Source of the DNA: Pseudomonas aeruginosa
Lineage (GTDB): Bacteria > Pseudomonadota > Gammaproteobacteria > Pseudomonadales > Pseudomonadaceae
Length of the DNA stretch: 32,000 nucleotides
Assembly: GCF_001457615.1 (NCBI RefSeq)
Contig: NZ_LN831024.1
Coordinates: forward strand, 1,320,001 to 1,352,000
Direction of reading: 5' to 3'
A program made the position numbers and the translations under genes. Shown one piece after another: positions 1-9,074 of the stretch. The notes below the pieces were generated by a model. That model saw only the letters and a list, made by a program, of their open reading frames with translations, had not been told where the DNA came from and did not search any database. Positions within the stretch are counted from its first letter, which is position 1. The number at the start of each line of letters is the position of its first letter.

Positions 1-1
1 C

Positions 2-226
2 GCCTATGGCAACCTGCGGGTCTGGCAGACCAAGGTGCTGGACAGCGTGCGCAGCCTGAAGAACATCAACGTCGCGGCAGTGCCCCAGGAACCCCTGGAG
101 AGCCTGTCCCGCGACCTGCCGCGTTCGATCAACTGGACCGTGATGATCAGCGAGGGCACCCTGTTCGTCACCGACGAGAACGGCCAGCACGAGTTGCAGC
201 TGGAGTGGCTGCAGGGCGAGCGTTGA
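2..226 (+). CDS. YaeQ family protein, 3' end only (5' end outside window)
   Basis: Open frame from the window edge: AYGNLRVWQTKVLDSVRSLKNINVAAVPQEPLESLSRDLPRSINWTVMISEGTLFVTDENGQHELQLEWLQGER*, resembling the YaeQ C-terminus (NLxVW ... W.... G.L...D). Position directly before recJ matches Pseudomonas gene order. Confidence 0.8.
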   Translation, partial: AYGNLRVWQTKVLDSVRSLKNINVAAVPQEPLESLSRDLPRSINWTVMISEGTLFVTDENGQHELQLEWLQGER

Positions 227-269
227 TCGCCGCCGCCGTTTCCTTCCGTCGAGCCGAACGAGTGACCTG

Positions 270-1985
270 ATGCGTATCGAACCCCGCCCCCTGCCCGAAA
301 CCCTGCCCGATCTCGGCGACCTTCCGCCATTGCTGGCGCGCCTGTACGCGGCTCGTGGCGTGCGTTGCGCCGAGGAGCTGGACAAGGGCCTGGCGCGGCT
401 GATTCCCTACCAGCGGCTGAAAGGCATCGAAGAGGGCGTGGCGCTGCTGGTGGACGCCCTGGAGGGCGGCCAGCGGATTCTCATCGTCGGCGACTTCGAC
501 GCCGACGGCGCCACCGCCAGCAGCGTCGGCGTGCTGGCCCTGCGCATGCTCGGCGCGGCCTGGGTCGATTACCTGGTGCCGAACCGCTTCGAGTACGGCT
601 ACGGCCTGACCCCGGAGATCGTCGGCGTGGCCCTGGAGAAGCGTCCCGACCTGCTGGTGACGGTGGACAACGGCATCTCCAGCGTGGACGGCGTCCAGGC
701 GGCGAAAGCCGCGGGGCTCAAGGTGCTGGTCACCGACCACCACCTGCCTGGCCCGGAACTGCCGGCGGCGGATGCGATCATCAACCCCAACCAGCCGGGC
801 TGCGAATTCCCCAGCAAGGCCATGGCCGGGGTCGGGGTGATCTTCTATGTGATGCTGGCGTTGCGGGCGCGCCTGCGCGAGCTGGACTGGTTCGCCCGGC
901 GCGGGCTGAAGGAACCGAACCTCGCCGAGCTGCTCGACCTGGTGGCGCTGGGCAGCGTCGCCGATGTGGTGCCGCTCGATGCCAACAACCGCATCCTGGT
1001 CCACCAGGGCCTCGCGCGCATCCGCGCCGGCCGCGCCCGGCCGGGCTTGCGCGCGCTGCTGGAGGTGGCCGGGCGGCCTCCGGTACGGATCACCTCCACC
1101 GACCTGGGTTTCATCCTCGGTCCGCGCCTGAACGCGGCGGGTCGGCTCGACGACATGTCCCTCGGCATCGAATGCCTGCTCTGCGACGACGAAGCGCTGG
1201 CCCGCGACATGGCGGTGCAGCTCGACCAGTTGAACCAGGACCGCAAGGCCATCGAGCAGGGTATGCAGCGCGAGGCGCTGGCGCAGCTCAAGGAGCTGAG
1301 CCTGGAGCAACTGCCGTTCGGCTTGTGCCTGTTCGACGCCGACTGGCACCAGGGCGTGATCGGAATCCTCGCCTCGCGCCTGAAGGAGCGTTACCACCGG
1401 CCGACCATCGCCTTCGCCGATGCCGGCGACGGCAGCCTGAAAGGCTCGGCACGGTCGATTCCCGGCTTCCACATCCGCGACGCGCTGGACGCGGTAGCCG
1501 CCCGTCATCCCGGGCTGATCAGCAAGTTCGGCGGCCACGCGATGGCTGCCGGACTATCGTTGCCGCAGGAAAACTTCGGCGCTTTCTCCGCCGCCTTCGA
1601 TGCCGAAGTACGCCGCCAACTGGCCGAGGAGGACCTGGCCGGGCGCCTGCTCTCCGATGGCCAGTTGAGCATCCAGGAGTTCCACCTGGAGTTGGCGCGC
1701 GCGTTGCGCCAGGCCGGTCCCTGGGGCCAGCACTTTCCCGAGCCGATGTTCCACGGGGTGTTCCAGCTGGTGCAGCAGCGGATCGTCGGCGAGCGTCACC
1801 TGAAGCTGGTGCTGAAAAGCGAATGCGGCTCGCTGCAACTGGATGGCATTGCCTTCAACATCGACCGCGAGCAGTGGCCCAACCCTACCGTGCGCTGGGC
1901 CGAGCTGGCCTACAAGCTCGACGTCAACGAATTCCGCGGCCAGGAAAGCGTGCAACTGATGATCGTCCACATGGCTCCTCGCTGA
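270..1985 (+). CDS. recJ: Single-stranded-DNA-specific exonuclease RecJ (571 aa)
   Basis: DHH-superfamily motifs: IVGDFDADGATASSVG, LLVTVDNGISS, VTDHHLPG, DHHA1-like GGHAMAAGL. Full-length ORF. Confidence 0.97.
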   Translation: MRIEPRPLPETLPDLGDLPPLLARLYAARGVRCAEELDKGLARLIPYQRLKGIEEGVALLVDALEGGQRILIVGDFDADGATASSVGVLALRMLGAAWVDYLVPNRFEYGYGLTPEIVGVALEKRPDLLVTVDNGISSVDGVQAAKAAGLKVLVTDHHLPGPELPAADAIINPNQPGCEFPSKAMAGVGVIFYVMLALRARLRELDWFARRGLKEPNLAELLDLVALGSVADVVPLDANNRILVHQGLARIRAGRARPGLRALLEVAGRPPVRITSTDLGFILGPRLNAAGRLDDMSLGIECLLCDDEALARDMAVQLDQLNQDRKAIEQGMQREALAQLKELSLEQLPFGLCLFDADWHQGVIGILASRLKERYHRPTIAFADAGDGSLKGSARSIPGFHIRDALDAVAARHPGLISKFGGHAMAAGLSLPQENFGAFSAAFDAEVRRQLAEEDLAGRLLSDGQLSIQEFHLELARALRQAGPWGQHFPEPMFHGVFQLVQQRIVGERHLKLVLKSECGSLQLDGIAFNIDREQWPNPTVRWAELAYKLDVNEFRGQESVQLMIVHMAPR

Positions 1986-2018
1986 ACGCGCCACGGGGCC
2001 ACGGGCAACCTAGCTGCC

Positions 2019-2038
2019 CCCTGCTTTTCTGTTAGCTA
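2019..2038 (+). promoter_or_regulatory. Possible second, distal LasR operator (OP2-like) upstream of lasB
   Basis: CCCTGCTTTTCTGTTAGCTA, degenerate las-box-like, centred about 60 bp upstream of the strong las box, consistent with the known two-operator layout of the lasB promoter. Exact borders uncertain. Confidence 0.45.
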
Positions 2039-2078
2039 TTCCAGCGAAAACATACAGATTTCCGGCGAAATCAAGGCT

Positions 2079-2098
2079 ACCTGCCAGTTCTGGCAGGT
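2079..2098 (+). promoter_or_regulatory. LasR-binding las/lux box of the lasB promoter (OP1)
   Basis: ACCTGCCAGTTCTGGCAGGT, perfect dyad (ACCTGCCAG-TT-CTGGCAGGT) about 175-190 bp upstream of the lasB ATG. Confidence 0.93.
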
Positions 2099-2223
2099 TT
2101 GGCCGCGGGTTCTTTTTGGTACACGAAAGCACCGTCGAAAACGGGACCGAGCCAGGGGAGTGCAGTTCCTTCTACCCGAAGGACTGATACGGCTGTTCCG
2201 ATCAGCCCACAAGGCGGCGGTAA

Positions 2224-3768
<1,545 letters not shown>

Positions 3769-3779
3769 GCTCGGTGGTC

Positions 3780-3812
3780 CCGGCTGGCACTCCAGGAAGG
3801 AATGCCGGTCGG
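3780..3812 (+). terminator. Possible lasB 3' hairpin (weak terminator candidate)
   Basis: CCGGCTGGCA ... TGCCGGTCGG forms a 10-bp stem with two G-T wobbles and a 13-nt loop, starting 12 nt after the stop. No T-tract follows, so it is not a canonical intrinsic terminator. Confidence 0.3.
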
Positions 3813-3936
3813 GGTCGCTCAAGCCGTCTTCCGCCAGGAGGGCGGCTGCTTTATGTCGCTTGGGCCGTTGGCCTCCGCGAACCCGGTCTAAAGTTCAGGT
3901 GTGAGCTTTATTCCAAGACCGACCGGGAGTCCTGCC

Positions 3937-5043
3937 ATGAGTCTGCTGTTCGAGCCTCTTAGCCTGCGTCAAATCACCTTGCCCAACCGCATCGCCGTAT
4001 CGCCCATGTGCCAGTACTCGGCGCAGGAGGGCCTGGCCAACGACTGGCATCTCGTGCACCTGGGCAGCCGCGCGGTGGGCGGCGCCGGCCTAGTGATAGT
4101 CGAAGCCACCGCGGTGTTGCCCGAGGGGCGCATCACCGCTGACGACCTCGGCATCTGGAGCGACGCGCATGTCGAGCCGTTGCATCGCATCACCCGTTTC
4201 ATCGAGTCCCAGGGCGCGGTCGCCGGGGTCCAGCTGGCCCACGCCGGGCGCAAGGCGAGTACCTGGCGGCCGTGGCTGGGCAAGCACGGCAGCGTGCCGA
4301 TCAGCGACGGCGGCTGGATACCGGTGGCGCCGTCGGCGATCCCGTTCGATCCCCAGCACACGACCCCCGAGGCCCTGAGCGAGGCGCAGATCGAGGCGCT
4401 GGTGCAGGCCTTCGTACGCGCCGCCGAGCGCTCCCTGGCTGCCGGCTTCAAGGTCGCGGAGGTGCATGCGGCCCACGGCTACCTGTTGCATCAGTTCCTC
4501 TCGCCGCTGTCGAACCAGCGTCGCGACCAGTACGGCGGCTGCTTCGAGAACCGCATCCGCCTGCTTCTGCAGGTCACCGCCGCGGTGCGCAAGGCCTGGC
4601 CGCAAGAGTTGCCGCTATTCGTGCGGCTGTCCGCCACCGACTGGGTGGAGGATGGCTGGAACCCCGACGAGACCGTGGAACTGGCCCGGCGCCTGAAGGA
4701 CCTGGGCGTGGACCTGATCGACGTGTCTTCCGGCGGTACCGCGGCGAATGCGGAAATCCCGGTAGGACCGGGCTACCAGACCGAGTTCGCCGAACGGGTG
4801 AAGAAGGAAGCCGGCATCGCCAGCGGCACGGTGGGCATGATCACCGAGCCTGTGCAGGCCGAGCATATCCTGCGCACCGGTCAGGCCGACCTGATCCTGC
4901 TTGCCCGTGAACTGCTGCGCGATCCGTACTGGCCGTTGCACGCCGCCGACGAACTGCGCAACGAGCAGATGCCCTGGCCGCCGCAGTACCTGCGAGCCGC
5001 TCATCGCAGCACGCCGCCGCGCAAATCCCTGGAAATGCAGTGA
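3937..5043 (+). CDS. NADH:flavin oxidoreductase, Old Yellow Enzyme (YqjM/XenA-like) family (368 aa)
   Basis: MSLLFEPLSLRQITLPNRIAVSPMCQYSAQEG...HLGSRAVGGAGLVIVEATAV...QLAHAGRKAS...HAAHGYLLHQFLSPLSNQRRDQYGG...LILLARELLRDPYWP. Start chosen at the internal ATG; the ORF track extends upstream to 3901. Confidence 0.93.
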   Translation: MSLLFEPLSLRQITLPNRIAVSPMCQYSAQEGLANDWHLVHLGSRAVGGAGLVIVEATAVLPEGRITADDLGIWSDAHVEPLHRITRFIESQGAVAGVQLAHAGRKASTWRPWLGKHGSVPISDGGWIPVAPSAIPFDPQHTTPEALSEAQIEALVQAFVRAAERSLAAGFKVAEVHAAHGYLLHQFLSPLSNQRRDQYGGCFENRIRLLLQVTAAVRKAWPQELPLFVRLSATDWVEDGWNPDETVELARRLKDLGVDLIDVSSGGTAANAEIPVGPGYQTEFAERVKKEAGIASGTVGMITEPVQAEHILRTGQADLILLARELLRDPYWPLHAADELRNEQMPWPPQYLRAAHRSTPPRKSLEMQ

Positions 5044-5231
5044 GCCGTCGGGGCCGTCGGCGCGGCGAGGCGCTGGCGGCCCACCTGATGGAAACCTTTG
5101 CCGACCTTGGCGGTCTGCCTGGCATCAGGAAATCAACCTGAGCGTTTCGTGGGAGATATTGCGTAATGGCAATATGATGTTATTCTCCCGCGACGTTCGC
5201 TCCGGACCGCACTTCGAGAAAGGATGCTCGC

Positions 5232-5582
5232 ATGCACGCCAACGCCGGTTCTCCCCACGCCTCCCTGCCTGACAGCGATGTCGCCCTGCTGGCCAATATC
5301 CTGGTCCTGGCGACACGCAACATGAACAACATGACCACCATGCTGGCGCACCTTTCGGTGGAGCTCAGCCAGAGCGAAGAGCCACGCCTGCAACGGGTCG
5401 GTCATCGGGTCCTGAACGAACTCTCGGAGCTGGGGGCCGCCCTGGAGACCCAGTGGGACCTGATCGGCGCGCTGGCGCGTTTCTCACCCCTGCTCGAACG
5501 TACCCTGCCGCGCCAGGAACCCCTGGTCACCGAGATCCACCTCACCGAACTGCCGGGCCAGGCGCTGCCGCCCTCCGCCTGA
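5232..5582 (+). CDS. Hypothetical protein (116 aa)
   Basis: Intact ORF with an AAGGATG-like RBS upstream; located between the OYE gene and convergent nalC. Function unknown. Confidence 0.75.
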   Translation: MHANAGSPHASLPDSDVALLANILVLATRNMNNMTTMLAHLSVELSQSEEPRLQRVGHRVLNELSELGAALETQWDLIGALARFSPLLERTLPRQEPLVTEIHLTELPGQALPPSA

Positions 5583-5594
5583 ACTGCGCGTCGC

Positions 5595-6236
5595 TCAGCC
5601 CTGCGCGGGGCGCTGCGACAGGTGTTCCAGGTAGCAGGCGATGATGTCCACCGACAGCTTGAGGCGGGTTTCCAGCAGCGCCATGGTCGGCTGGAAGTCG
5701 GCCACGCTGAGGGCCTTGAGGAACAGGTCGGCCTTGAGCATCTCGAGAAACTGGCAGGCCACCGCGTAGAGCGTTTCCTCGTCCATGTGAGGAGCGACCG
5801 CGGCCAGTCGCTCGCTGAGCAGCAGATAGCTCTGCTGCGGCCCCTGCTCGTAGAAGGACTTGCCGATCGCCGGAAACCGAGGGGATTCCGCCACCACCAG
5901 GCGATAGAGGCTCTGGCAGCGGGGATCGAGCAGGCTGGTGAGAAAGCGCCGGCCGAAATGCTCGAGGGTGGCGCTCAGCGTGGCGGCGGGGCGCGGCTGA
6001 TCGGCGCTGTCGTCGAAGATTTCCTCGATCATGTGGGCGATCACCGCGGCGAACAGGCCCTCCTTGCCGCCGAAGGAGCTGTACAGGGTCCCCCGTGAAC
6101 CACCGGCCCGTTCTATCACCATGTCCAGGGTGGTGCCTTCGAAACCGTGTTCGAGAAAGGCCTGGGTGGCGGCGTCGAGCATGGCGCGGCGGCGTTGCCT
6201 GCCGCGTTCGGTCAGACGGGGAGAAGCATCGTTCAT
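5595..6236 (-). CDS. nalC: TetR-family repressor NalC (213 aa), regulator of the PA3720-armR operon
   Basis: TetR HTH: RRRAMLDAATQAFLEHGFEGTTLDMVIERAGGSRGTLYSSFGGKEGLF. Divergent from the PA3720-like gene and armR. Start chosen at MNDASPRLTERGRQRR; the track's longer ORF begins at 6359. Confidence 0.95.
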   Translation of the reverse strand: MNDASPRLTERGRQRRRAMLDAATQAFLEHGFEGTTLDMVIERAGGSRGTLYSSFGGKEGLFAAVIAHMIEEIFDDSADQPRPAATLSATLEHFGRRFLTSLLDPRCQSLYRLVVAESPRFPAIGKSFYEQGPQQSYLLLSERLAAVAPHMDEETLYAVACQFLEMLKADLFLKALSVADFQPTMALLETRLKLSVDIIACYLEHLSQRPAQG

Positions 6237-6365
6237 GAGCGGTATCGGGCCTCGCGGGGTGGCGGTCGGAAGGTGCGCATGGTGGGCCGTCGGGACGGTC
6301 CGTTCAAGCCTCCAGGCGGTTTGCTGAGAGCGTTTCTCGTTAGGGTTGACGCTGGTCATTTAAGA

Positions 6366-6385
6366 ACTGTATCGTACAGTACTGT
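6366..6385. promoter_or_regulatory. Candidate NalC operator in the divergent nalC / PA3720-armR promoter region
   Basis: ACTGTATCGTACAGT (perfect dyad, 3-nt centre) overlapping ACAGTACTGT (perfect 10-bp palindrome) in the intergenic region. Confidence 0.7.
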
Positions 6386-6440
6386 TTTGGCAAGCACTTC
6401 CGCTCATTCCTCCGCCTTGCCTCCCCGCAGGAGTCCCCCC

Positions 6441-6866
6441 ATGAATGCCCCCGCTAAGAGCCTGTTGGATATCGATGCCTTTCCCTTGGTCCAGGTCCGC
6501 GAGATGCCCCGCGAGCTGGCCGATGTCGAGCGCTGGTTGGAGGAGGTCGAGGCGCTGCTGGCCGTCGAGCGCGATTTCGCCCTGGTCTATCCGCCGCTCC
6601 CGCAGGAAACAGCTGAAGGCGACCAGCAGGCGCGCAAGCGCCTGGTGTTGTGGCTCAAGGAAAATCGCCAGCGCTTCGTCGAGCATTGCCGGGGCATCCT
6701 GCTCAGTGCCAACGGCCAGCCGGACAACCTCGCCGACCTGCAGCAACTGGCGCCGGTGCTGCAGGCTGTCTACGGCCCGCCGGTGAGCGTGGCGCCGGAC
6801 CTGGCGTCCGCCCGCGGTATGGCGAAGGCACTGCTGAGCGGGCCGGCGACGGGGATGAACTGGTGA
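6441..6866 (+). CDS. Conserved hypothetical protein (PA3720-like, 141 aa), first gene of the NalC-controlled operon
   Basis: ATG at 6441 (MNAPAKSLLDIDAFPLVQVREMPRELADVERWLEEVEALL) preceded by CAGGAG. The track ORF starts further upstream at 6147, overlapping nalC, which is implausible. Confidence 0.85.
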   Translation: MNAPAKSLLDIDAFPLVQVREMPRELADVERWLEEVEALLAVERDFALVYPPLPQETAEGDQQARKRLVLWLKENRQRFVEHCRGILLSANGQPDNLADLQQLAPVLQAVYGPPVSVAPDLASARGMAKALLSGPATGMNW

Positions 6867-6873
6867 CGCCGCC

Positions 6874-7035
6874 ATGTCCCTGAACACTCCGCGCAACAAA
6901 CCGTCCCGCACCGAGACCGAAGCTGTCGCTGCCAGCTCGGGACGATCCGCCGTCGGCCGGCGGGATTACACCGAGCAGCTGCGCCGGGCAGCCCGGCGCA
7001 ATGCCTGGGACCTCTACGGCGAGCACTTCTACTGA
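6874..7035 (+). CDS. armR: ArmR, anti-repressor of MexR (53 aa)
   Basis: Manual translation from ATG at 6874: MSLNTPRNKPSRTETEAVAASSGRSAVGRRDYTEQLRRAARRNAWDLYGEHFY*. Seven nt after the PA3720-like stop. Below the ORF-track size cutoff. Confidence 0.95.
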   Translation: MSLNTPRNKPSRTETEAVAASSGRSAVGRRDYTEQLRRAARRNAWDLYGEHFY

Positions 7036-7101
7036 GCGGGCGTGCCGGATTGCCATTGGTGCGGGCGATGGAACACATCGTTTGATTCCTGGGCTCTTTA
7101 C

Positions 7102-7117
7102 CTCAAGTTAACTTGAG
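7102..7117. promoter_or_regulatory. SoxR-box-like palindrome upstream of the MFS transporter gene
   Basis: CTCAAGTTAACTTGAG, perfect 16-bp palindrome. Preceded by TTTACC (7097-7102) and followed by CAGAAT (7122-7127), giving a long 19-nt MerR-type spacer. Confidence 0.85.
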
Positions 7118-7182
7118 CTATCAGAATCCGCGCAGAGCGTCTGGCGATCTTGCCGGGCGCCACTCCATGCCCGGAGGCAACG

Positions 7183-8424
7183 ATGGATAGCCCGTCCACT
7201 CTCGCTCGTCCGCACCCCCAGGCCAGCCCGCGATGGCTGGCAGTTGCCAATGTGATCTTCGCCGGCATCGCCGCTGCCCTGCATGTCGGCAAGGCGACCA
7301 TCGCCCTGCCGTCGCTGCAACGGAGCTTCGGCGGCGACCTCGCCGCGCTGAGCTGGATCATGTCCGCCTTTCCGTTCGTCGGCGTATTCGGCGGCATCGC
7401 CGCCGGCCTCCTGGTGCGTCGTTGGGGAGATCGCCGGCTGCTGACCGTTGGGCTGGCGATTCTCGGCGGGGCGAGCCTGCTCGGTGCGTCGATGCAGGAC
7501 TTCGCCTGGTTGCTTGCCACTCGCTTCGTCGAGGGGCTCGGTTTCCTCATCGTGGTAGTGGCGGCGCCCGCCGTGTTGCACAGGATCACCAGCGAGACGC
7601 GGCGCAGCGTGGTGTTCGGTCTGTGGAGCACCTTCATGGCAGGCGGAATCGCCCTCTCGATGCTGTTCGGGCCGCTGCTCGCGGACTGGCGTGCCGACTG
7701 GCAACTGAGCGCACTGCTGGTACTGGTCGCGGCGCTGCTGCTGCCGCTCAGCGTCCCTGCCGACGATGGGTGCAGGGCGGCAGGCGTGAGGCCGGCCGGT
7801 CTTGGCACGTTGCTCAAGGTTCCGGCGATCACCCTGCTGGCGCTCGGCTTCACCACCTACAACCTGCAGTTCTTCGCCCTGATGACGTTCCTCCCCGTGT
7901 TCCTCATGCAGCGCCTGGGCGTCGCCCTGGAGACTGCGGGACTCATCGGCGCGGCCATCGTCGCGGCGAACGCCCTGGGCAATGTCGCGGCGGGCTTCAT
8001 CCTTTCCCGCGGCATACGTCCCGGCGCCTTGCTGGCGAGCACCGCGATCCTGATGGGACTCACCGGTGCGGCGTTCTTCCATGCCGCGACGCCGGGACTC
8101 CTGGCGATTGCGCTGGGGTTCGTCTTCTCGGCGGTCGCCGGCATGCTCCCCACCACCGTGCTGGCGACCGCGCCGCTGGCCTCGCCCGCGCCTTCGCTGA
8201 CGCCACTGGCCATCGGCTGGGTAATGCAGGGCAACTACCTGGGGCAGGTGATCGGCCCCTTGCTGATCGGCCTGATCGTCAGCCGTTTCGACTGGTCGGG
8301 CGCGATCGGCCTGATGCTGGTCGCGGGCGCGGCGGGGGCCGTCCTGGGGTTCTGCCTGCTGCGTGCGCTGGACGGCCTGCCTCGCGCCATTGCCACGGGT
8401 TCCGCGGCTCGCCCCGCGGATTAG
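7183..8424 (+). CDS. MFS transporter, drug-efflux-like (413 aa)
   Basis: Multi-TM MFS protein (WLAVANVIFAGIAAALHVGKATIALPSLQRSFGGDLAALSWIMSAFPFVGVFGGIAAGLLVRRWGDRRLL). GGAGG RBS 7 nt before ATG 7183; the track starts at a TTG at 7150. Confidence 0.92.
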   Translation: MDSPSTLARPHPQASPRWLAVANVIFAGIAAALHVGKATIALPSLQRSFGGDLAALSWIMSAFPFVGVFGGIAAGLLVRRWGDRRLLTVGLAILGGASLLGASMQDFAWLLATRFVEGLGFLIVVVAAPAVLHRITSETRRSVVFGLWSTFMAGGIALSMLFGPLLADWRADWQLSALLVLVAALLLPLSVPADDGCRAAGVRPAGLGTLLKVPAITLLALGFTTYNLQFFALMTFLPVFLMQRLGVALETAGLIGAAIVAANALGNVAAGFILSRGIRPGALLASTAILMGLTGAAFFHAATPGLLAIALGFVFSAVAGMLPTTVLATAPLASPAPSLTPLAIGWVMQGNYLGQVIGPLLIGLIVSRFDWSGAIGLMLVAGAAGAVLGFCLLRALDGLPRAIATGSAARPAD

Positions 8425-8522
8425 AAGAGAAACCGGCTTCGTGCAGGGCGGGTAGCCGAGCGACTATTCGTCCTGCGCATTGGTTCGGCACGGGCGGCCA
8501 GAGGCCGCCGCCGTCCCTCGGC

Positions 8523-8864
8523 TCAGTCGTCGCGGGTGAGCACTTCCAGCAGTTCGATCTCGAACAGCAGGTTGGAGTGGGGCTTGATGTGCGCGCCGAC
8601 CTGCCGTTCGCCGTAGGCCAGGTGGGAAGGGACGAACAGCCGTCGCTTGCCACCGACCTTCATGCCCATCAGGCCCTGGTCCCAACCCTTGATCACTCGT
8701 CCGGTGCCGATCACGCACTGGAATGGCCGGCCGCGCTCGTAGGAGGAGTCGAACAGCGTGCCGTCTTCCAGGGTGCCCTTGTACTGGGTGGTGATCAGCG
8801 CACCCTTCACTACCTCCTTGCCGTCGCCCAGGAGGAGGTCTTCGATCTGCAGTCGGTCGTTCAT
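8523..8864 (-). CDS. FKBP-type peptidyl-prolyl cis-trans isomerase (113 aa)
   Basis: VTTQYKGTLEDGTLFDSSYERGRPFQCVIGTGRVIKGWDQGLMGMKVGGKRRLFVPSHLAYGERQ...LLFEIELLEV, typical FKBP signature. Confidence 0.95.
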   Translation of the reverse strand: MNDRLQIEDLLLGDGKEVVKGALITTQYKGTLEDGTLFDSSYERGRPFQCVIGTGRVIKGWDQGLMGMKVGGKRRLFVPSHLAYGERQVGAHIKPHSNLLFEIELLEVLTRDD

Positions 8865-9074
8865 GGGGCGGTACCTGCGCGGTTTGCGGAAAGCCGCGAT
8901 TCTGCCAGCAAGCGCGCCGCCTGTCGCCGAGCCGACGGATCAGGGCATTGCCAGGCGGTCCGCGGCACGGGCATCATGCCCGCGCCTTTCTGTCGGGAAG
9001 GCTACCGCGTTCCGCGATGTCGCGCGCATCGCGGCTGGACACATATCTCAGGGATCATACGAGAACATATCCGC

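Noticed and set aside
168-1538. Minus-strand ORF of 456 aa opposite recJ
   Set aside because: Antisense shadow; biased amino-acid composition and no homologous motifs.
7233-9074. The ORF track's 1182-aa ORF (7233..10781) implies a giant protein spanning the MFS and FKBP genes
   Set aside because: The first part is an out-of-frame, arginine/alanine-rich shadow of the MFS gene in high-GC DNA. A clear lipoprotein signal starts at ATG 9075 in the same frame, so only 9075..10781 is supported.
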